Shown here: piece by piece, positions 56,177 through 64,000 of the stretch
How positions within the stretch are numbered: the first letter of the stretch is position 1
Layout: each line of letters starts with the position of its first letter
DNA from: an uncultured Clostridia bacterium
Lineage (GTDB): Bacteria > Bacillota > Clostridia > Christensenellales > UBA1242
Direction of reading: 5' to 3'
NCBI GenBank assembly: GCA_944383315.1
Contig: CALWPB010000004.1
Coordinates: 10,818 to 74,817 of the forward strand
DNA length: 64,000 nucleotides
The notes under the pieces: model-generated
Seen by the model: the letters and a program-made list of their open reading frames with translations, nothing else
What the model was told of the DNA's origin: nothing
Databases searched by the model: none
Position numbers and translations under genes: made by a program

Positions 56177-56692
56177 TTAGTTTTTAGTTGCAATCCCATT
56201 TAAGCAACGTACCAATCCTTGAACGGTACCGTTCAAAGCATAGCAAAGATTTCTTGCTGGACCTTGGAGTACACCAAGAAGTTGAGCAATAAGTACTTCT
56301 TTGCTAGGAAGATTAGCAAGGGCCTTGAGAGCAGCATCATCGATGTAGTTTTGTTCGAGCAAACCGAATTTCATAGAAATGCCGGCTTTTTCAGACATCT
56401 TGTCGATAACGTTTGCTGCTTCGGTTTCGCCATTGTAACTGAATGCGATTGCGAGTGTGCCTTCGAGTTTGCCATCAAGACAAGTAATGTTTAATTCGTC
56501 AAGTGCAAGTTTCACCAAACGGTTTTTATAAACGTGGTATTCACAACCTGCTTCGCGCATTTTGTTACGCAACTCAGTGTCGTTTGCAACGTTTATACCC
56601 TTGTAGTCAACGAACACAACACACTTTGCACGAGAAATTTTGTCTTTGATGTCTTCAACAATTTTCTTCTTGTTTTCAAAATTTGCTGACAT
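56177..56692 (-). CDS. rplJ: 50S ribosomal protein L10
   Basis: VDYKGINV...LR...VYKNRL and LANLPSKEVLIAQLLG motifs. Confidence 0.96.
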   Translation of the reverse strand: MSANFENKKKIVEDIKDKISRAKCVVFVDYKGINVANDTELRNKMREAGCEYHVYKNRLVKLALDELNITCLDGKLEGTLAIAFSYNGETEAANVIDKMSEKAGISMKFGLLEQNYIDDAALKALANLPSKEVLIAQLLGVLQGPARNLCYALNGTVQGLVRCLNGIATKN

Positions 56693-56724
56693 TAACTCTG
56701 TAACCCTCCCTTGTCTAGTATTCT

Positions 56725-56840
56725 AACAAAACAAAAATCCCTGTGCCAAATGAAGCACAGAGATTTACACCCTGCTAAAACTTCACCTCGGCAAGCCCTT
56801 TCGGTTTACGTAGCGGACTACACTTGCGGTCTTTGGCAAA
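56725..56840 (-). ncRNA. L10 ribosomal protein leader with attenuator hairpin
   Basis: AAGACCGCAAGU...GCUUGCCGAGGU kink-turn-like core, then CUGUGC/GCACAG hairpin and U-tract, upstream of rplJ. Confidence 0.75.
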
Positions 56841-56930
56841 AGAAATCTTTATTAAATTAGTGTCAATATGATATCACAGTTTGAGAATAAATGCAAGACT
56901 TTATACTAAAATTTTTTAAATATTTTATCT

Positions 56931-58430
56931 TTACCCTCTTAATTCTTCAAAGACTACACTACCATCAAGCCAAGACATTATATACCCTGCTAGTTTTTTG
57001 TGTGTTGCGGACTCAAATGATTCGATTAAATCTGCGGGTTTTGCGTTTTTAAACATATTATTCTCATAGAAATGTTGAAGGCTATCTACCATTTTGTTTT
57101 CCCCAATCATTTCGCTAATGCTATCAAACATTAACACGCCTTTTACATAAGTAAGGTACACATATTCAGTTTCTGTGTTAAACTTGTGAATATTCCTATT
57201 CATACTGGTATCAAATTCGTCATAGACATCGCGGTAGACATCGCAAAATAGCAAGTATGAACTCAAAGCAGATGCAAAAACTTGTTCGCTTGTGCGGTTG
57301 TAACTAGGATTTCTATCGTAAAACAATGCAGTTGAATAATCAGCAAGGCCTTCATCTATCCAAGCATATTCACATTCATTATTTCCAACAACACCATACC
57401 ACCACTGGTGCGCTATTTCGTGAATAATTACGTTGTTATACTCGCTATCTACATCGACTTCATCGCTAATATACACAAGGTTTGGATATTCCATACCGCC
57501 TTGCAAGAAGTTTGTTTTTGCTACATTTAGTATAGTATAAGGATACTCGCCTATCATTTCATTAAATGTGGTGAGTGCGTCAACAGCGGTTTGCAAATGA
57601 GCGGCTGCATTCGTGTCATCATAGTAATAATAATTTATTGTAGTGTTGCCTACTGTTGCGGTTGAGACTTCATACTTTTCGCTAAACACTAGAGCAAAAT
57701 CACGTACAGCGCGGGCATTTATTGTAGATGTAGTAGTTGCCGTGCTGGTAGTGCTTTCTAATACTGTCCCTGTGCTTGCCATTTTTAAGGTGCTAGGATA
57801 AGTAATTTTTACATTATAATTTGATATATCACTATAAAAAGGGTCACCATTTGGTGAATAGCCATCTGTGGCAAATTCCCCATCTTCAAACACGCACGCA
57901 ATCGGGTACCAGTTCCCAAGATTTAGAGTATTTTCACCATAGCCAAACCTATGATTGCAGTTTGGAATAAGCAAATCAAACTCGATTATCACATCTACAT
58001 AACTATTTGGGCGCAGCACAGAATCAAGCGGGACAGTTAAGATATTTTCGTCTTCGCCAGTTATGGCAAAATCAATTTCCTTGCCTGTAATTGTTACTTT
58101 ATTAATAATTATATGACCTTCCGAAAACCCATTTGGGTATGCTCGTGGTTTTTGAGTTTCATTTACTGCTTTGTAGGTATCTGCATCGGCGCGAAATGCA
58201 TTTGGATACAAATGGAACTTTAACTCGTTTAACTCGTTTTTGCTAGTATTGATATAGCGTACATTTTCTGTTGCGTCAAGGGTTTTATTCTCATAGTCAA
58301 GAGTCGCTGTTATATCATAATTTGTTGCCAATTTTGCGGCATTTTCAAGCGCGTTGACCTGTCCACATCCTGCAAACAAAAACAACACAGCGCAAACACT
58401 AACCAAAACTGAACCAAATTTTTTATTCAT
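56931..58430 (-). CDS. M1-family (gluzincin) aminopeptidase, lipoprotein
   Basis: Lipobox FAGC; GGMEYP, HEIAHQWW and WIDEGLA motifs. Confidence 0.9.
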   Translation of the reverse strand: MNKKFGSVLVSVCAVLFLFAGCGQVNALENAAKLATNYDITATLDYENKTLDATENVRYINTSKNELNELKFHLYPNAFRADADTYKAVNETQKPRAYPNGFSEGHIIINKVTITGKEIDFAITGEDENILTVPLDSVLRPNSYVDVIIEFDLLIPNCNHRFGYGENTLNLGNWYPIACVFEDGEFATDGYSPNGDPFYSDISNYNVKITYPSTLKMASTGTVLESTTSTATTTSTINARAVRDFALVFSEKYEVSTATVGNTTINYYYYDDTNAAAHLQTAVDALTTFNEMIGEYPYTILNVAKTNFLQGGMEYPNLVYISDEVDVDSEYNNVIIHEIAHQWWYGVVGNNECEYAWIDEGLADYSTALFYDRNPSYNRTSEQVFASALSSYLLFCDVYRDVYDEFDTSMNRNIHKFNTETEYVYLTYVKGVLMFDSISEMIGENKMVDSLQHFYENNMFKNAKPADLIESFESATHKKLAGYIMSWLDGSVVFEELRG

Positions 58431-58513
58431 AATCGCTCCAAGTTTTTTTTTGATAATATATGCGGTTGTGCTGATGCTTTATGATAAATATTTTGTTTTA
58501 GCGGGAAATCAAA

Positions 58514-58601
58514 GCGGGGCGCTTCGCGCGTATACGCGCGGGCGAACTATGTTCGCCAATCAATTCCCCCGCTTTTGCGGAGAATTGATAAAGCGCCCCG
58601 C
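58514..58601. repeat. GC-rich four-way-junction palindromic element
   Basis: 11-bp outer inverted repeat enclosing three hairpins. Confidence 0.6.
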
Positions 58602-58702
58602 ACACGCACTGCAATATTTTAAAATGCAACTATAAATTTTTAAATACATTGGACTTGCGTTTTGCGACAAATTTTGCTACAATAACCATACGAGGTTTTA
58701 TT

Positions 58703-60163
58703 ATGGCTTTTTGTAAATTTTCAACTGAATATCTAGCAAAATCGTACACGGTAATAGACAACCTATTTTTTACCCGTTTTCTTACCAACACTCCGCCAAA
58801 ACACGCGACCATATACCTATACGGGCTGTACATTTGCTCGCAAAATGACGATATAACTCTTACCCGCTTTGCTGAAAATATGGGATATACGGAAGACGAA
58901 ATAATCGAAAGTTTTGAGTACTGGCAAGAGCAAGGCATTGTACGAATTGTAAGTGCTGAGCCTTTTCAAGTGCAGTACTTACCTATCCGCAACATTGGCA
59001 GCAGTAACCGAAAATACGACAAAGATAAATTTGTAAAATTTAATGTTGAAGCGCAAAATATCCTTTCCGAGCGAATGATTACACCAAATGAATTTGAAGA
59101 ATATTACACACTTATGGAAGGATACACACTACCAGACGGGCGCAAAATCAGTAGCGAAGCATTGCTTATGATTATTCGTTTTTGCGTACAAAATAAAGGG
59201 GCTAATGTTGGATACCGATACATTATTGCTGTAGCGCGTGATTGGGCGGCTGCTGGATATGTTACCCCCGAACAAATTGAGCGCAGGCTCGAAGAATACA
59301 GCGCATCAAGTGTTGCTGTTAGCAGTATCCTAAAAGCACTTGGTTCTACCAGAAAGACAAGCCTTGATGAGCATCAATTCTATCTCAAATGGAAAGAATG
59401 GGGTTTTAGTGATGACTGCATTTTATCCGTTGCAAAAGCCATCAAAAAGAGCGGCAAAGCGAACTTTGAAAAATTAGACAAGAAATTACAGAAATATTAT
59501 GAGTTGCATCTACTTTCTGCAAAAGAGATAGAAGACTACGAAAAGAATTTAGATAAAATTTACACCCTTGCGCGTGATATAAACAGGACTTTGGGGCTAT
59601 ATTACGAAGATGTGAGCAACCAAATAGAAACATACATAAACCCGTGGTTAAGTTTTGGATATGAGCCTAAAACGCTTCTTAACATAGCGCAAAGTTGTTA
59701 TCTCAAAGGCAAGCGCACACTGAATGCCCTTAATGATGAGATTCAAACACTTTTTAACAACGGTATTGTTTCGGCAAAATCTTATGAGCAATACAGCAAC
59801 AACCAGAAAAACATACAGACAGACATTGAAAAAATGCTCAAAATACTTGGAATTGTGCGCAATGCAACAAGTTTTGATATGGAATTTTGGAACCGCTGGA
59901 CTGTATCTTGGGCATTTAATAATGACATAATTGATTATGCGGTATCGCTTGCCAAAGAGCGCGGCGGAAACCTAACCTATGTAAACACCATACTTGCAGA
60001 CTGGCACTCGCAAAATATCTATACTTTGGAGCAAGCAAAACTTGCAAGTGATAATTACAAAGTGGCAAAGACTAAAAGCACTTCTTCAAAAATTACCTCA
60101 CGCAAGTATACGAAAGAAGAAAACGAATCTATATTTGATAAATTTAACGAAATGGAAATTTGA
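58703..60163 (+). CDS. DnaD/DnaB-domain replication protein
   Basis: IDNLFFT.FL..., repeated YI..V..DW and YVNTILADW DnaD motifs; start trimmed to the ATG after GAGG. Confidence 0.8.
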   Translation: MAFCKFSTEYLAKSYTVIDNLFFTRFLTNTPPKHATIYLYGLYICSQNDDITLTRFAENMGYTEDEIIESFEYWQEQGIVRIVSAEPFQVQYLPIRNIGSSNRKYDKDKFVKFNVEAQNILSERMITPNEFEEYYTLMEGYTLPDGRKISSEALLMIIRFCVQNKGANVGYRYIIAVARDWAAAGYVTPEQIERRLEEYSASSVAVSSILKALGSTRKTSLDEHQFYLKWKEWGFSDDCILSVAKAIKKSGKANFEKLDKKLQKYYELHLLSAKEIEDYEKNLDKIYTLARDINRTLGLYYEDVSNQIETYINPWLSFGYEPKTLLNIAQSCYLKGKRTLNALNDEIQTLFNNGIVSAKSYEQYSNNQKNIQTDIEKMLKILGIVRNATSFDMEFWNRWTVSWAFNNDIIDYAVSLAKERGGNLTYVNTILADWHSQNIYTLEQAKLASDNYKVAKTKSTSSKITSRKYTKEENESIFDKFNEMEI

Positions 60164-61110
60164 GTATGAACAAAAAACAAATTATTCAAGATGAATTATA
60201 TAAATTAGACTTGAAGCGCAGTCAAGCGGAGATAGCGGCTGTGGCTGCTCTAAGGTGTGCAAGAGAAATTGCCGAATTTCGCGAAATAGACGATAAAGTG
60301 CGCGCCTTAAAGTTGCAACTTGCAAAATTTGAGCCAAACAGTACCAAAGCAGCAGATATTAAGAAACAACTTGCGCAACTAGACAAGCAAGGTAAACAAA
60401 TTTTGAAAAAGCACAAATTTGATATTTCTACCCTAGCAGTTAAACACGATTGCCCCAAATGCAATGATACAGGCTTTGTGGATGGGGTTATTTGCGATTG
60501 TTTAAAGCACAATGTACAACAGGCTTTAATTAAACAATGCGGGCTTAACAACAAGTTGAACTTTGATTTTTCTAAAAGTGATGAGAAAGTGCTTGCCGAT
60601 AACCCACAATTAAGCAAAGCATACCGTTTTGCACACAAGTACTGCGAAAATTTCCCGAACAACAAAGAGTCGAATTTAGTATTTTACGGTGAAGTTGGTA
60701 CTGGTAAAACCTTTCTGCTTGAATGTATCGCAAATGAGTTGATGAAAAGATTAAATTATGTTGTTTTCTCGACCGCTTATGATATAAACAAAACAATGAT
60801 TAAGGCATTCAACTCACCTTTTAGCGAACGCGATACGATACTTGCGCCGCTATTTGAAAGTGATTTACTGATTATAGACGACCTTGGCACTGAACCACTT
60901 TATCACGAATCTACACTTACCAACCTATTTACACTTATAAACGAGCGCCAACGCAATAATCTTGCTATGATTGTCAGCACCAACCTTACACCAGACCAAA
61001 TTAACGAACGCTACGGCAATCGCATAAAATCGCGCCTATTTAATCAAAATATTACTATAACTATCCCCTTTTTAGGCAGCGATTTGAGATTGAAGAAAAA
61101 AATGTCCTAA
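60160..61110 (+). CDS. DnaC/DnaI-like helicase-loader ATPase
   Basis: CPKCNDTG...CDC zinc site, GEVGTGKT, LLIIDDLGTE and STNL...RI.SR motifs. Confidence 0.85.
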   Translation: MSMNKKQIIQDELYKLDLKRSQAEIAAVAALRCAREIAEFREIDDKVRALKLQLAKFEPNSTKAADIKKQLAQLDKQGKQILKKHKFDISTLAVKHDCPKCNDTGFVDGVICDCLKHNVQQALIKQCGLNNKLNFDFSKSDEKVLADNPQLSKAYRFAHKYCENFPNNKESNLVFYGEVGTGKTFLLECIANELMKRLNYVVFSTAYDINKTMIKAFNSPFSERDTILAPLFESDLLIIDDLGTEPLYHESTLTNLFTLINERQRNNLAMIVSTNLTPDQINERYGNRIKSRLFNQNITITIPFLGSDLRLKKKMS

Positions 61111-61131
61111 CACTAGGACATTTTTTCAGTT

Positions 61132-63633
61132 TTAGGCAAAATCGGCCGTTTGGTTGTTGTCTGTTTCGGTGTTCATATCGTTTTGATTGGGAATTAATGC
61201 AAAGACAGCAAAGACTTGTTTATCTTGAATTAAGTTATATGGGATGTTTGCGCTGGCTAGGTAATTTTGGTTAGTTGTACTGTCTATAAGTATTTCTCCG
61301 TCCACTTGCCAACCAACAAAGTAATATCCCGTATATGCTACCGCACTAAAATGAACGTAATCTATTCCGTTTAAAGTGGTGTAACCTGTTATTCGGGCTT
61401 CACCTGTTGCAGCGAGTGGTATATTATCTTGGTTGGTGGTGATTGTACCGTCTGTATTTTGGTATGCAATAGACACTGCTACCCCTTCTACACTCTTGCC
61501 AAATACAGCAGTGAGAGTGATATCGCCTGTTACTGTAAACGACAATGGGTTAAGTTCGCTAAATATTTCGTGAGTACTTGCATTTTCCCAGTATAGAAAA
61601 GCATAACCCGCGTTTGGTACTGCGATTAAATTAGATACTTGCTCACCTGTTGCTGCATTAACCGTTATGCTCTCGCCTATTTGTCCGTCTGCAAATACTT
61701 GTCCGTATTCGGAGTTGTTGGTGGTGATGGTGATATTTTTAGGTAATAAATTAGCTAAAGCATCTAAATCTAAGTGAGCGGCAGGACGGACGCCGTAGCT
61801 AGAGTCCACATCGCCGTAGTAAGCGGAGCCCGAGGAGTTCACTCGCATCGCACGGTTGACATTGCCAGAGTGGCCGGAGCGCAGCCAGCAATAATAACTT
61901 GTACTTGTACCGTCATAATTACTTGTATTAAATGAGCGGTCAGTGCTATTTAATCCCCATTGCCCCGTATAACTTGTAGTATTGTTTGTCCAACTTGCGT
62001 TCTGGTTATTCATTGTTTCACCCGCCGATGGCAACCATAAATAACTACTATTCGCTACCGCTGACGCTAAATTGTTGTATGTACTTGTAATAATACTATT
62101 TGTAGTATACCAATATGTTGTATTTGCTGTACTTGTATCTTGATAACCTACCGTCGCTGGTAGTTCAAATATTGATTGTAATGTACCACTACCCATAGTA
62201 AGCGCAGACCATAATGTGTTGTCTAAATAATTTTGTATTGTACTATTTGCATAAGCGGTATAATTTACTGTTACACCACTCTCATTCCAAGTACTATTTG
62301 TATAATTTTTTACCATCCATATTGTAAGGTAGTTATTATGTAGGTATGTTGCTCGCCAATAAATTGATTCGCCACTTGTTCCGTTTACATACCCCATTGG
62401 GAATACTATGGTGCGGTCGGAGTTGTAGCCTGCGGTATTGTTGCGAGATGCGATTTGGTGGGCGGTGTATGTTGCTGTGTCGTTTTCGTGTCCAAAGTAT
62501 TGGACGGTTTCAAGTAATGTGGTTACAGCATCGGGGTTGATTTCGCCATCAGTGGTGTAAATGTTTTCGGTTAGAGTGATTGGGGTTGATTGCACTATTT
62601 CTGCTAAGGCATCCAAAGAGAGATGAGCGGCAGGACGAACGCCAGTGCTATTATACAATCCAGTGCTATAAGCGTCGCCCGAGAAGTAAACTACTGTTGC
62701 ATAGCTGTTATTATCAAAATTGCTGGAACGCAGACTGCAACAACTATGACTGTCACTTCCATCGTAATTTGTTTGATCAAATGCACGATCATTACTATTT
62801 AATCCCCATTGCCCTGTATATGTTGTAGTATTACTTTCATATTCACTAGGTGTGTTATTGAAAACTTCTCCAAAAGAAGGAAGCCATAAATAACTGCCAC
62901 TATATACCGACGATGCTAAATTATCAAACGTACTTGTAGTTATATTAAACATAGCACTATCATAAAACCAATAACTACTTATATCACTTTCATCCCAATT
63001 TAAAGATTCATCTCCTTCGTCTTGATAACCTACTGTTGACGGTAAGACAAATATTGATTGTAATATACTGCTATCTTGTGTGAGTGTTCCCCATAGTGTG
63101 TAGTCTAAATAGTTTTGTATTGTACTGTTAGCATAACTATTGTAAGACACTTCATACCCTCTACTATCCCAAGCACTATTGGTATATCCTTTTACCATCC
63201 AAATGGTTATATAATTATCGTGCAAATAGGTTGCTTGCCAGTATATACTCTCGCCACTTTTTCCGTCAGTACCAGCATACCCCATTGGGAAGATTATTGC
63301 ATCATCTGGGTTGTATGTGGCTGATGTGTTTGTATTACTTGCGTTATATGTACGTGTACGTATTTGGTGCGCTTTGTATGTGCCTGTATCGTTCATATGT
63401 TTGTAATACCCTACCGCTTCAAGTAATGCTTGTGTGGCTGTTGCATTTATTGTGCCATCTGTATTAAATATGTTTGTCTTTAATTCGGTACTGCTTACTT
63501 CGCTATCAAGCATTGCTTTACTTTTATTTAAGTGATTAACAATCAAGTATACACCACTACCGATTAAAGCACCTGCCATAAAGACCAATGCGACTATTAG
63601 GCTCACGAGCCTTGCTTTTGCGCTGATTTGCAT
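61132..63633 (-). CDS. Membrane-anchored surface protein with two tandem DUF6273/CLec-like domains, the second carrying a DGR variable region (putative DGR target 2)
   Basis: N-terminus almost identical to 43640-45943; two WLPS..E...LRS...GVRPAAHL units; C-terminal InlB-B-like repeats. Confidence 0.8.
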   Translation of the reverse strand: MQISAKARLVSLIVALVFMAGALIGSGVYLIVNHLNKSKAMLDSEVSSTELKTNIFNTDGTINATATQALLEAVGYYKHMNDTGTYKAHQIRTRTYNASNTNTSATYNPDDAIIFPMGYAGTDGKSGESIYWQATYLHDNYITIWMVKGYTNSAWDSRGYEVSYNSYANSTIQNYLDYTLWGTLTQDSSILQSIFVLPSTVGYQDEGDESLNWDESDISSYWFYDSAMFNITTSTFDNLASSVYSGSYLWLPSFGEVFNNTPSEYESNTTTYTGQWGLNSNDRAFDQTNYDGSDSHSCCSLRSSNFDNNSYATVVYFSGDAYSTGLYNSTGVRPAAHLSLDALAEIVQSTPITLTENIYTTDGEINPDAVTTLLETVQYFGHENDTATYTAHQIASRNNTAGYNSDRTIVFPMGYVNGTSGESIYWRATYLHNNYLTIWMVKNYTNSTWNESGVTVNYTAYANSTIQNYLDNTLWSALTMGSGTLQSIFELPATVGYQDTSTANTTYWYTTNSIITSTYNNLASAVANSSYLWLPSAGETMNNQNASWTNNTTSYTGQWGLNSTDRSFNTSNYDGTSTSYYCWLRSGHSGNVNRAMRVNSSGSAYYGDVDSSYGVRPAAHLDLDALANLLPKNITITTNNSEYGQVFADGQIGESITVNAATGEQVSNLIAVPNAGYAFLYWENASTHEIFSELNPLSFTVTGDITLTAVFGKSVEGVAVSIAYQNTDGTITTNQDNIPLAATGEARITGYTTLNGIDYVHFSAVAYTGYYFVGWQVDGEILIDSTTNQNYLASANIPYNLIQDKQVFAVFALIPNQNDMNTETDNNQTADFA
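61775..61893 (-). repeat. DGR variable region VR2
   Basis: 99/119 nt identical to 44901-45019 with the adenine-site mismatch pattern. Confidence 0.85.
62624..62742 (-). repeat. Degenerate VR-like copy (VR3) in the first CLec-like domain
   Basis: Gap-free and colinear with VR1/VR2, same CGTCCTGCCGCTCA end, but many synonymous changes. Confidence 0.65.
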
Positions 63634-63645
63634 ATTATTACTCTC

Positions 63646-63726
63646 CTATTGTTTTATTTTTAAATGGAATAGATTCTTCGTCTCCATCAAGGAAGGAGCG
63701 CTCAGAATGCCTATTTTTATTGTCAT
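63646..63726 (-). other. 26-aa leader ORF spanning the REP-like hairpin and ending in the RBS of DGR target 2
   Basis: GGGGG RBS 7 nt before ATG at 63726; MTIKIGILSAPSLMETKNLFHLKIKQ*; the TAG stop overlaps AGGAGAG. Confidence 0.45.
63671..63711 (-). repeat. REP-like hairpin GGCATTCTGAGCG...CGAAGAATCT (copy 2)
   Basis: Same arms as 45971-46013 and a similar distance from the paralog's start codon. Confidence 0.65.
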
Positions 63727-64000
63727 AAAATTTCCCCCGTTTTTATTTTAAATTTAAACGCAAATTAATATAAAAGTTTTAGTTGTGATTTTAGAGTAAA
63801 TACCCTATATTTGTTATTATATACTATTTTTCGACAAAAAACTTATGAAATGCAAACTTGTATCAACTTTTTTTTTAAATTTAAAATTTAATAAAATAAT
63901 TTTGATTTTTTAATAAATAACAAAGTGATATATCCCCTTAACACATTTATATTTTACCAAATTAAAAATAATTTTGTCAAACATTTTAACAGATAATCTA

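Noticed and set aside
58514-58601. tRNA or tRNA pseudogene
   Set aside because: It has a cloverleaf shape but no TTC T-loop, no D-loop GG, no 7-nt anticodon loop and no CCA.
60160-61110. IS21 IstB helper ATPase
   Set aside because: No IstA transposase or terminal repeats; the zinc-binding N-terminus and DnaD neighbour fit a chromosomal helicase loader.

Overview
64 kb of chromosome from a low-GC Firmicute (Clostridia-like; the taxon is inferred from gene content only). Most of it is housekeeping genes on the minus strand: rpiB, fakA/asp23/rpmB, rpe-rsgA-priA-rpoZ, gatCAB-ligA-pcrA, leuS, rplS, yraN-rbgA-trmD-rimM-rpsP-ffh-ylxM, rplI, rplJL and dnaD/dnaC-like genes. It also has tRNA-Ala and tRNA-Ile, two ~1500-aa surface proteins and several orphan ORFs. 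The main finding is two paralogous membrane-anchored surface-protein genes about 17 kb apart (43640-45943 and 61132-63633). They share a GC-rich 119-nt segment whose 20 differences all fall at codon positions 1-2, almost all in NNY codons. This is the signature of variable regions (VRs) of a diversity-generating retroelement (DGR). The VRs are internal to the proteins, and I saw no template repeat or reverse transcriptase in the window, so they look like remote targets. Both genes sit behind a REP-like hairpin crossed by an upstream leader ORF that ends at the gene's translation start. In the first gene the leader ORF is frameshifted at a G11 tract, suggesting phase variation layered on DGR hypermutation.
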